From IMG/VR virus record IMGVR_UViG_3300035670_000151, positions 1-64,000 of that record: a stretch of 64,000 nt of DNA. The stretch is one strand, 5' to 3'. The notes under the pieces are model-generated. The model did no database searches and was not told the DNA's origin. It worked only from the letters and a program-made list of their open reading frames with translations. This stretch comes from an uncultured virus (IMG/VR IMGVR_UViG_3300035670_000151). Taxonomy: Duplodnaviria > Heunggongvirae > Uroviricota > Caudoviricetes. Below are positions 53,001 through 63,700 of this stretch, piece after piece (positions within the stretch are counted from its first letter, which is position 1; every line of letters starts with the position of its first letter). The position numbers and the translations under genes are program-made.

Positions 53001-53435
53001 GGTTACAGCGGTTCGAATAACTTCGCCGCCGATGGGCTAGCTCCAATCGCCGCTTTCAACAGCACCCCAACGTTCCATAGGGGAGGGACGGTTGGTTCGG
53101 GTTCACCGGGAAGAACGACGGTAGACCCTGCTATCTTCGCTTTCGCCGAAAGATACCACACAGGGGGCATGGTAGGTCTAAAGCCTAACGAAGTCCCAAT
53201 CATCGCGGAGAAGGGTGAAACCGTCCTAACTCCCGAACAGATGAAAGCAATGGGATCGTCTGGCAGCAAGCAAGCTCCAGAAACAACCGTAAACATCATT
53301 AACCAGTCAGGCACTCAGATGGACGCAACGTCATCACAACCGCGCTTCGATGGTGAAAAGATGATTATCGATGTGATCCTAAAGAACATGTCTAAGCCGG
53401 GTCCATTAAGAGACAGCATGAAAGGAATGAAATAA
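50040..53435 (+). CDS. tape measure protein
   Basis: APF….LT.SF..L, AL.QM.SKG.V..EELRQQLG..IP; FH.GG.VG…EVP.I..GE.VL. Confidence 0.95.
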   Translation: MADRLVITIDGDASGLIKTLESTERRLNSFNTRISNSSRALTNMMKTLNGMNSSVRGVTTGLNQITQALGNATSRINSFTQSMNNMSRSSTSARHSVGGLNTGIRDLILAVYSVRAILFTGQSLFGGVLGDVIETNSQFEKMQVLLKNVAGGASEMENAVIGKSDSRYIWNLADNAPFKIEALTKSFVKLKASGIDPTQGTMQALVDTVAFFGGSTDEMNRAGIALSQMLSKGKVTAEELRQQLGDAIPNAMKDMAEALDMTIPELDAKMRKGLVLSADAVPKLMELWSIKYKGGAENMMATWDGLMVRMQNAWQKMILRVTSDGGSNSFFNVIKKEVSELTEFLNSASGDQFMREVTEGLGTVAIAFSNAIKFVYEYREEIALLLKVAAGFFAFNAATSIIRNLGSVFLGGAGTIIKFLTPLTQVKMIIATLSAPATVAARATIILGEAFTAAATAMGIFNRAGAISLAALAAVAAEVVLVGAAIGGLIYFLTRKKEATQRDIDASIQHEMASKNLKNAQNALEDAFDKVRTATAENRAERVRDLNTIKNHTVELMKNAKAALANARARMVGAQMDLNDAKKKEDAERKENGGMLDPGWGGINLFKRYVLGQKTEYEKATDNLNFYSGETQKYAKELQDSANLVEQATIMVNSVDLTKGVEKQVAAVNTNTKDKLGSLDSSRNQLVNFMMKVKELNAELATTPENDAIGNFNDNREEIEAEVRAYVAAIKVQSTLNAETLKYKNMIPSLKEDVKKHKDEITALAKAQQNLERLQTAVNDQNLQAQDALGSLEVGYSNVSNQVDRYIAKLRQQYSENLKSTNQGIVTKTQEEINKAAHDRRLELMALEAKKAQESTIEINDALLTEDQQREANYQREVARIQGLIDETQNLYGPEGRKIADQYYNYLKALAKKNNIAQSMFGSWAQSAADLKGQLGSTLTSSMDSFIDGLARGKLAFGDFVKSLLIDITKIIIRALIAKAILSAIGLGYSGSNNFAADGLAPIAAFNSTPTFHRGGTVGSGSPGRTTVDPAIFAFAERYHTGGMVGLKPNEVPIIAEKGETVLTPEQMKAMGSSGSKQAPETTVNIINQSGTQMDATSSQPRFDGEKMIIDVILKNMSKPGPLRDSMKGMK

Positions 53436-53791
53436 TGGCAGACTTTCCAACTTTCGGTGATCGCGAGGCCACCGATAAATTTGGACTAAGTTTGGAAGAC
53501 GTAGGTATCCGCTCTGAAATGGAGGGCGGATACGTATTAACCAGACCAAGACATACACGTAGACCGCGCAGAACATGGACAACGGGTTTCACCGATCTAT
53601 CAAATGCGGAAAAAGAAACGTTCGAAACATTTTTTAATAACAATGGGACTTACAAGGTGTTTACTTATTTAGTAAAAACTAGTAATGAAACTGTGCAAGT
53701 TCGCTTCGCAGGAGTTCCGACATTTGACTATAAAGGTTATGGTTCGAACTATAGATGGGACATTACAGGAATTAAGTTAGAAGAAGTATAA
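53435..53791 (+). CDS. distal tail protein (gpM-like)
   Basis: EGGY..TRPR.TR..R; VRF; LEEV. Confidence 0.85.
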   Translation: MADFPTFGDREATDKFGLSLEDVGIRSEMEGGYVLTRPRHTRRPRRTWTTGFTDLSNAEKETFETFFNNNGTYKVFTYLVKTSNETVQVRFAGVPTFDYKGYGSNYRWDITGIKLEEV

Positions 53792-54405
53792 TGGCAAGAC
53801 ATTTAAGCGTAGGTAGTATCATTGAAAAGAACAAGATCGCATCGGAAGAGCTATTCCTTGTTCTAATTAAAGTTGACGTAAAGAACGAAGAAGGCGAAGA
53901 GGTTAATACCCTAACTTTCGTAAAGAACAGCGAGAACGTTGTGTTCGACGGTCTTACCTATCAGGCTTCTAACTTTGATCTAGACATCACTGTAGAGAAT
54001 AATACTGAGCCAACAATCAAGCTAACCGCTCAAGACCAGACCCGCGTTCTTATGCAGTATGTGGAAGCTTACGGCGGTCTAGTTGGTTCTAACGTAACCA
54101 TGACCGTAGTTAATAGCGGCGCTATGGATGCACCAGCAGAAATCCAAGAAACTTTCAAGGTTCTAGCGGCTACCAACACTGAGTATGTTGTAGAATTCGA
54201 TCTAGGAACCGACAGCGCAGTAAACAAGCGCTTCCCTAATTACCGTCAGTTTAAAGACCGTTGCGCATGGAAATACAAAGGCCCACGCTGTAAGTATGCT
54301 GGCCCTCTAGCAAAATGCGACCTAACCCTTCTAGGAACCAACGGCTGCATCGCCCACGGCAACATTGCTAACTTCGGCGGATATCCGGGTCTAAACGCAG
54401 CGTAA
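53791..54405 (+). CDS. minor tail protein (gpL-like, Cys cluster)
   Basis: C.W.YKG..C.Y.G….CD…..C..H.N…FGG.PG. Confidence 0.9.
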   Translation: MARHLSVGSIIEKNKIASEELFLVLIKVDVKNEEGEEVNTLTFVKNSENVVFDGLTYQASNFDLDITVENNTEPTIKLTAQDQTRVLMQYVEAYGGLVGSNVTMTVVNSGAMDAPAEIQETFKVLAATNTEYVVEFDLGTDSAVNKRFPNYRQFKDRCAWKYKGPRCKYAGPLAKCDLTLLGTNGCIAHGNIANFGGYPGLNAA

Positions 54406-54782
54406 TGAGAAACTATACTAACTATATCGGTATCCCATTTAAATATGGGGGAAGAGACAGAAAAGCACTAGACTGTTACGGACTTTATATGCTATTATCT
54501 AAAGAATTAGATGGCGTCCAAGTTCCTGACGTTACTTCCCCCGACACATTAGAAGTTATTGCCGACGTAGTATCGGTCGAGAAACTTAAGTGGAGAGAAT
54601 GCGGCCTAGAAGAAGGCGCATTAGTTCTCTTCTCTATCAAAGGTTATGGTGCCCACGTAGGTTATGTAACCGGCCCAGATACAATGATCCACACATGGGA
54701 AAAGACTAACGGCGTAACCATCGAACGCCTTTCAAGAGGATGGACACACAGGATTTTAGGTTGTTATAAATATGAAGACTGA
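54405..54782 (+). CDS. NlpC/P60 tail assembly protein (gpK-like)
   Basis: IGIPF..GGR….DCYGL; HVG; MIH. Confidence 0.9.
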   Translation: MRNYTNYIGIPFKYGGRDRKALDCYGLYMLLSKELDGVQVPDVTSPDTLEVIADVVSVEKLKWRECGLEEGALVLFSIKGYGAHVGYVTGPDTMIHTWEKTNGVTIERLSRGWTHRILGCYKYED

Positions 54783-57700
54783 GAAGTTTATTAAGGTTGG
54801 TATTCTGTATAATGCGTTCGACCCATCAAAGGTTGAACACAGTGAGATTCTATATAGAAAGAATACGACACTAGCACGCTATCTACACGACCTACCAAAG
54901 GATTGTGAATGGAAGATCGGCCTTAATGGGACTCCGGTAACTCTTGAAGAACATGGTAAGACACGCCTAAAGCCTACTGATACAATTCAGCTAGTTGTAG
55001 TTCCCCGTGGTGGCGGTGCCAAGAACATTCTACGTATGGTGGCCATGGTCGCCCTTGTCGTAGGTGCTTTCTTCCTATTTGCCCCAGCCGCAATTGGTGG
55101 TCTAGCTCTTCTAGGTGGTTCAGCCCTAGCGGTTGGTATCGGTATGTCGGTATTCACCCTAGCTGGTGGTCTACTAATTAACGCCCTATTAGCTCCTAAA
55201 ACTCCTAAAATCGACAACGAAGAATCCTCATCATACGGTTATGATGGGGCTAAAAACACGGCTAAAGAAGGCGTAGCAATCCCGGTAGTATACGGGGAAT
55301 ACCGTGTAGCTGGTAACTATGTTGACCTTTACACCGAGAACGTAGGCGACGACCAGTATCTATATGGTAGAACTGTTCTATCAGACGGTCTAATCGATGG
55401 CGTTTCAGCGCCTTACCTAAACGATCAGCCAATCACAAGCTACGATGCCGTAACTTGGGGATTCACTGCTGGTAGCGCAACAGAAACTGTAAACCCTCTA
55501 TTCAGCCGTTCAATTAGTCAGGTAACAAAGAATGCCGAACTAACATACGCCAACGGCTACATGACACACACTACTACGGAAGAGATTGACCGCTTCCAAG
55601 TTAATCTAGCTTTCCCTAAGGGTATTGTCCACTTCACTACGAAGAAGGGCAATAAGGATTGGCATGAGTCGGTTGTAACCGTAGAATACAAGCTAGCAAG
55701 CGCTTCAACTTGGACGCAGCTAAACGGCGGCAATACAGACCCTCGTTGGCCTTCATGGGCGTTCAACTTCACCGATAAGCGCGCTAAAGTAATCCGTAAA
55801 ACCATCGAATCACAGACTCTAACTCCGGGTATCTATAATATCCGCGTAAGAAAGATTACGCAGAACCTAGACGAAGATCATGATATGGACCAGACGATTG
55901 TAACCGATATCGGTGAAATCGTTACTGGTGGAACGACTCTACGTCACGTAGCTAACGCCTACTACAAGATCAAGATGAACGAACAGCTAAGCAATGTTCC
56001 TAACATTACTTGGCTAGTAAAGGGTGTTAAGGTCAATCACTATGACATTAACGGTAACGTAACCCAAAAGGCATGGACAGACAACCCAGCGTGGATTGTT
56101 CTAGACATGCTAATTGGCGAAGAGCGCGGAACACCCGGAATCTATTCTATCGACTTCCCAGCGTTCGTAGAATGGGCGCAATGGTGCGAAGACAACAGCC
56201 TAAAGTTTAACGGTGTATTCGACACCACAACTACCCTATGGGATGCTTGCGTTGACGTTCTAAAGATCGGTCACGCTGCATTCTCTCGCGTAGGAACAAA
56301 GCTATCACTAGCTATCGATAAGCCACAACAGCCAGTAATGCTATTTGGTCCGGGTAATATCTTCAAAGATACATTCTCGATCAGCTACATTGCTATGGCA
56401 GACAGAGCTAATGAGTTCGAAATTTCTTATTACGATAAGGAAGACCTAAACACTCAGAAGACCATCCGCGTAGTCGATCCAGAGGCAGACCAGAGAGGCG
56501 ATGTCCCTCGCGCTGTTTCATACTCAGTTCCGGGTATCGACAACTTCGATCAGGCTCTACAGGAAGTTTGGTATCAGCTATATAATAACCGCTATCTAAG
56601 ACGCACTGTAAGCTTTGAAGCCCCGGTTGAATCAATCGGTCTAGGCATTGGTGACGTTGCCCTAATTCAACACGATGTTGTTAATTGGGGTGTATCAGGC
56701 CGTCTAGGCGCTGGTTCAAACGAACTAGTCATCAAGCTAGATCGTCCAGTAACAATGGAAGATAACAAAGACTACTCGATCCTAGTAATCGGTAACGCTG
56801 CCTCAAGAGGCACTTATCAGGTTGTAGGCAGCAGCGGTAATGTTGTAACCCTAGCTGGAACTAACGGTAAAGTCCTAACCCTAGAAAACTGCAAGCGTCT
56901 AGTTCAAGGCGAAGTAGATCGTTCAATCGAAGCTATCAACGTAGTTGGTAACAGCGCTTACGTAACTGTAGGTGGTGATAACGATTTCGTAACAGGAACT
57001 AACGCTACCGTTTGGGACACTGATGTTATTGAAGAAAGAGACGTTGTTTACGTTGAAGGCACAACCGATACCATTACGGTTGCTACAGCTTTCGGCGCTG
57101 CCCCTGCTCAATATTCTAACTTCATGTTCGGCGACAAGGAAATCGTAAAGAAGCCTTACCGTCTAAAAGCTCTAACGGGAACTGGTTTCGACCAGCGTAA
57201 GCTAACGTTCGTAGAATATAACGAAGCCATTTACAATCCGCCAGAAACAATCGTGCCTTATCCAGCTACAACAGAGCCAAAGACGGTTCTACATGTTCGT
57301 AGCTTAGCGTTTGCGCACGACCAGTATGGTTCATACGACAATACGTCCGTAGACGGCGTTCTATCATGGCAGACAGGTCACATTAAGAACTATGGCGGTG
57401 CCGACATTTACATGTCAATCGGTGACGCCGAATTCACATTCTATCAGACTATCTTCAACACAAACGAATGCCAGATCAAGGTAAGCACTGACCAAGAAGT
57501 AGCGGTTAAGGTAATCTCATTTAACACCGATCTAACAAGAGCAAGCTCAGGTGCGGCTCCTACTCTATCTCTAGAGGTTGACAGTAAAGCATCCGTTCTA
57601 GACGCCCCTACAGCCCTGTCAGTGGCCCAGATCAGCTATTTGGCTACCGCACTAGTGGAAGTGATTTGGAACGGCCCTGATGGGCTTACAACCGACGAAC

Positions 57701-60700
57701 AGACACGTATCCGCTATCGTGTTCAAGTGAAACCAGAAGGCAACACCGAATGGGACGAATATGGCGTAACAGATCAATATTATCTAAGAGTGGGCGACTT
57801 AAGAGTTGGAACGCATGAATTCCGCGTTCGCTCTGAGATTGGTAATTCATTCTCAGATTGGAGAACTGTAAACTTTACAACTTTCACTACTACGGAAACT
57901 ATTCAACCCGGTGCTACTAATGGCTCAAGCCCAAGCGAACAAGCTCTACTTGAACAATTAGAAAGAGACGCGGAAGCTGCTAAAGATAGCATCGAAGAAT
58001 TAATTGAGACTTATGGAACGACCGCATCAGCCGCTCAAAGTGCTGCCGAAGCGGAAGGTTTTAAAGTTGCTGCTGAAAACGCTAAAACAGCTACGGAAGG
58101 TTTAAAATCTGATGCTGAAATCGCCGCTGCTGCTGCCGAAGTAAGTAGACAAGCTAGCGAACAAGCCGAAACAGATGCTAATTTACTTAAGCAAGCTGCC
58201 GAAGCTGCAAAAACTGCTTCTGAACAAGCTAGAGATAATGCTAGTGGATCGGCTAACGCAGCTAATGGTTCAGCGCAAATCGCTTCTACTAAAGCTGATG
58301 AAGCTGGAATTAGTGCAACCGCTGCCCAAGCAAGTGCGGTTGTAGCCTCTACGGCCGCCCGTGCGCTACTACCATCTACATTTACCAATGCGGATAGCTG
58401 GTCCAGTAATTGGGTCGGCGCAACTGGTAAAATCACAGACGACGCTAGGTTCACACTAGTCAATGATACTACCTTTGGCAATGTACTTAATGTTAATAAC
58501 GTTCCTGCGTTTGCACCTCATATTGTGCCTAAGGGCGACATTGAGCTTGTTCCTGATCGTATTTTTGAAATCTCTGTCCAATGGATGCTTCGCTCTGGTC
58601 AGAATGGCGATAACCCTGTCAACGGCATTCTATGGGCTGTAGGTATTAAACCTGATGGTAACGCAAACGGCACGTATAATATTCCAATTAATATCACAGT
58701 AGGTGGTGTTGGTTGGGGCACAGGCTATGGCTTCAAGTTAGATAAATTCGATGTCCCTTCTAATGCTTTATTAGCAGACGGTTATACTAAGATTAGACCT
58801 CTAATCCGTATTGATAATCAGGGTGTGTTCTCTTTACGCACTCTGTCAATTCGTGATGTCACTGCCGAACGTGCGGCTAAAGGCTTTGCCGATGCGTCTG
58901 CCGAATCCGCTAGTACTGCAAGTATTAAAGCTACCGAGTCTGGAAACTCAGCTTCATCAGCTAATACAAGTAGAGTTAATGCTGAAACTGCGGCAGGTAA
59001 CGCGAACGCTTACCAGCAGCAAGCAAGCCAGTCCGCACAGGATGCTTCCGGTAGCGCTCAAACGGCGGGCAATCAGGCTGGTGCCGCTGCAACATCGGCT
59101 TATAATGCTGGGCAATCTGCGAATGCCGCATCTAACAGCGCTCAAACCGCTTCTACTAAAGCTGATGAAGCTGGGAATTCAGCCAACGCAGCTAATAGCA
59201 GCAAAGTAGCAGCGGAGAGCGCCTTTGCTTCCGCCAAGGGCATTCTTGTAAATTCAGGACCAACCTCTTTTAGAGACTTGTATTCTTGGACACAAGATTT
59301 TAGCGGCGGCGCAGGTGATCTTTCTGGTGACGCACGTTTTAGTGTTAGAACTACTAATGGCGTAACAGGTCTTGGTGTCGATAACCGTCCACACTTTAGC
59401 CCACATATTGCAAGCAAATCCTTATTCACTCTATCACCCGGTCGCAGGCTTCGTGTCAACCTTAAGTGGTTGATTGTAGATGCGAGTTCTGGGAATCCGC
59501 AAGTCTCCTTGTATCTTATCGGTCGTCGCTCTAATGGCACTGATTGGGGTATTAGTACAGCCTTTACTATTCAATCTGGGCAAAATGGCTGGGGTGAAGG
59601 AAGTGTCTATGCGCATCATAGTTTTGAATGCTCCGCAGATGATTTCATCGCACAAGGTGTTTACGCTGCACGTACATTAGCTCGAATTGATGTTGGTGGT
59701 TACTACAAACTTGACTCTATGTTTGTAGAGGATATTACTGACGTATACAATAGCTGGAACAATGCTAATGCATCGGCAAGTAGCGCTCAAACTGCGAGTA
59801 CAAAAGCCGATGAAGCAAGCCAGTCTGCTAATGCTGCAAGTCAAAGTAAAACCGATGCGCAAACTGCAATGGGCCAAGCTCAGACTTTTGCCGGTAACGC
59901 AAGCACTTCTGCAAATAATGCAGCGGGTCATGAAGGTAATGCCTACACTTATTCACAGAATGCTAGCCAATCCGCAAATAATGCTAACAATTCTGCTAAC
60001 GCTGCTGCTGGTAGCGCACAAACAGCTTCTACAAAAGCAAATGAAGCGAGTGTTTCTGCTAACGCTGCTGAAACTTCTAAAGTTTCAGCTTCTAATATCG
60101 TTCGTGCTAATTACCCTTCTGTTTTTAATGATCTGAATGATTGGTCATGGGATTGGGGTACAGCGTCCGGTTCCCTTAGCAGTGATTCACGTTTTATTCT
60201 AGACGAGTCTAGTGATGGTCTTGGTAGAAAATTGGGGGTTAGCAATGTTCCTCATTTCACACCCCACATTGTTTCTAAAGGGTATTACCCAATTGTTCGT
60301 GATCGCAGATATAAGATCACGTCTAAGCTGCGTCTTCGTGGTGGACAAACTGGCTCATCTGTCAGCTTTGCACTTTTCTTTATCGGTATAAAAGACGGTA
60401 GTTTTCAGTCAGGCGATTATTGGAATAATGCTTCACAGAGCTTCACTGTTGGGGAAGGCCAAGAAGGCTGGGGCAATGGTCTTAATACTTCTTACATTGA
60501 AGTTAATTCAAACACACTATGGGATAATGGTGTTCGTTGGATTCGTCCTCTTCTACGCATTGATAGTCAGGGTTACTATTGGGTTACTTCACTACAACTT
60601 GAAGATATCACTAGCGCTAATACAGCTAAGAATTATGCTGATGCAGCGGCCCAAAGTGCAAGCACTGCAAGTATAAAAGCCGACGAAGCTGGAAATTCGG

Positions 60701-63700
60701 CTTCTGCTGCTAACACAAGTCGTACTAACGCCGAAACAGCCGCCAATAATGCTAATACTTATCGCGGTCAAGCCGAAACCTTCCGCAATGAAGCAAGTGT
60801 TTCCGCTAGTAATGCATCAGGTAGTGCAAATACAGCAAGTCAACAAGCAGGTCTTGCTAGTGGCTCTGCTTATAATGCAAGCCAGTATGCAAATGCTGCA
60901 AGCAATAGCGCAAATACAGCCACAACTAAAGCCAACGAAGCAAGCAATAGTGCATCTGCCGTTAATGTGTCTAAGATCGAAGCATCTAGTTACGCATCTG
61001 GCAATCTAATCGGTAAAGCTAATTTTACTGATGGTCAGAAGGGTAACTGGTCCGGTGCAGTTACTGTACAATGGGACGGTGGAATTAATGCATACGTCCT
61101 TCAACAAACAGCGCGTGATGTTCTTGAAGGCGAGCTTAAGGATGGAAATTGGGCTAGCCGTCGCTTCCGCATGACAGGTAATGCCGCTGCGTGGAATGGT
61201 GTTCCTGCACGTATCGGTTTCCAAACTAAAGACGTCAATGGTAATATCAACTACCCTACGATTCTTGCTCGACCGGCTGGCACAGGTTATGGCGACTTCT
61301 CCGGTGAATTTGTTCTAGGCAACGATGTTGTACAAGCGCGGCCTTTCCTGCAATCGGCTAACGATAATGGTGAAACAACTCACGGCATTAATTGGCGTTG
61401 GTTCCGAATTGAGGATATCACCTCTGAAAAGAATGCAGAGAGTTTTGCAAATGCCGCATCAGGTTGGTCTAATTCAGCCAGTAGTGAGGCCAATCGTGCA
61501 AGTGGTCGCGCTGATGCCGCTAATGGTTATGCCAATAGCGCCGAGTCTTATCGTAACGATGCTTATACTCATTCGCAAAATGCTTCAACCTACGCTTCAC
61601 AGGCGGATGGTTATCGTAGTGCTGCACAGTCTGCTTCTAATCTAGCTGCTACCTATTCCGCAGGTGGTGGTAATATGATTGGTAACAGCGAATTCTTGTC
61701 TAAAGATGGCTGGTCAGCTTATGCTAACGGCGCGGGCTTTGACCAGTGGGAAATCAACTACCCATTAGGTGACGCATGGCATCCCGAAGGCAAGAATGTA
61801 TTAACTATCCATCAGAATAATGGAGATACTGGTCTATATGGGCAGTGGTTCTATGGGTTCATGCCTGTTGTCGGTGGGCAATTCTATGAATTCACGGCTA
61901 AAGTGGCTGCGCATCGTGCTAACGCCGAAGTACGTATTGATTGGTACGATGTCGATGGTAACGGTATAAGCTCTACCTATTCGGGACAAATGGCTACGTC
62001 TAGTGGTGGTCGTCAAATCGGTAATTACAGCCATATGGTTGCAAGAGGCTACGCACCTGCTAATGCCGCCAAAGCGCTTGTTGTAGTGCTTAAGATGGGC
62101 ACTTTCTCTGGTCAAGGTGATAGCTGGCTTTGGTTCTGTGAGCCTATGTTCCGTAAATATTATGAAGCAGGACAATCCCCTTCTACTTACGCTGCCGGTA
62201 ATGGTCTTGATACCACAAAGACTTTAACAGCCAACGTAGCTCAGAATGCCATTGCAATTGCTGATGCGAACACGCAACTTGGTAGCCTTCGTACTACCGT
62301 TCAAGCTGGTAATCCTAACCTGCTAAAGAATGGCGGGTTTGAGCGGGGCATTACCGGTTGGGTCAACGGCTATGGCAGTTGGACGGCCATTTCCAATACT
62401 TGGGGGCCTTACGCTTACATCTGGGTGGGCGCTACCATGACGCAAGACCGTTACTATTACATGGACTCTGCGCATATGGAAGTTGATCCAAATACGCAGT
62501 ATACTTATAGCTGTACCTATGGTGTTAGTGGTAATAATGGCAACATTCGCGGTTACACCGAAATTCTCTGGCTCAATAGTAGTGGTCAAGAGGTGAGTCG
62601 CAATGGCGCCACCAGCCGTAACGCAAGCTTTTGGTTTGAGCAAAACAGACGTGAAGTTGCTACAGTAACAAGTCCTTCTAATGCTGTAAAAGCATTGGTA
62701 CGTGTCATCCTATACGCACCTAATGGGGCTACTGTAGACCAAATGGCGGTTCGTCAACAGAAGTTTGAGAGAGGCAGTGTTGCAACACCTTACTCGTCAG
62801 AAGCGACCGTCAACACAATCAACGAGGCTATCGTTACAACAGATGGTAAAGCTACAACTGCACTTGCCCGTGCTGCTGTGAAGGTTGATGTCAATGGTTT
62901 AATTACTGGATGGGAAACCAATAACAACGGGCAAACTGGTAACTTCAAAGTGTTTGCAGATAACTTCTCTGTGGAGCCTTCTAGTAGCAGTGGAAATCGT
63001 ATGGCATGGTCTGATGGTACGCTACGCATCTATGCTGGTGACACGATGTACGTTGTCGGTAAAGGCTTCGGTTCTTCAAACCAGTTCCTTGAATGGACAG
63101 GACCAGCCCAGACTAACCTTGCTAACTGCACAGAAGCTAACGCCATCAAGTTTGTGAAGACTAACGGCCAAGCTTACTACGCTGGTGGTATCATTGCTGG
63201 AACTCTAAAGAACTCAAACGCTTGGAGCGGCCTAGCAGCAACCGGGTCTACAACGGCAGGTCCGTTCGGTTCTAACGGTAATGATATCGCGGTCAATGCT
63301 TCATATTCAATGAGTTGCAACGGCCTACTATCATTCCCTGCTACCTCAACAGGATTGAATAACTATAACTCGGCAATCTCAAACTTGCAGAGCAACGGTT
63401 ACAATATTTCAGGAAGCAACCAAGACGGTCACTACGGTGGCAAGAGTGACAATAGAACAACCGACTTTACCCTGTCACTAGTGAAAGGTTCGACTACCGT
63501 AAGTACCCTAAACACCTGCAACGGGTCCATCACACTAGAAGGCCAAGCGCCTGTTCCGGGCGATAGTCAGGCCGGTTGGATCAAAAGGACATATAACTAT
63601 TGGGCATCATTCACTTGGAACGATACCGAAAAATCAACAGCTAACAGAACCTTCACCGTTAACATGTCACGTTTCAATCCGCCAGACACAATAGCGTCAC

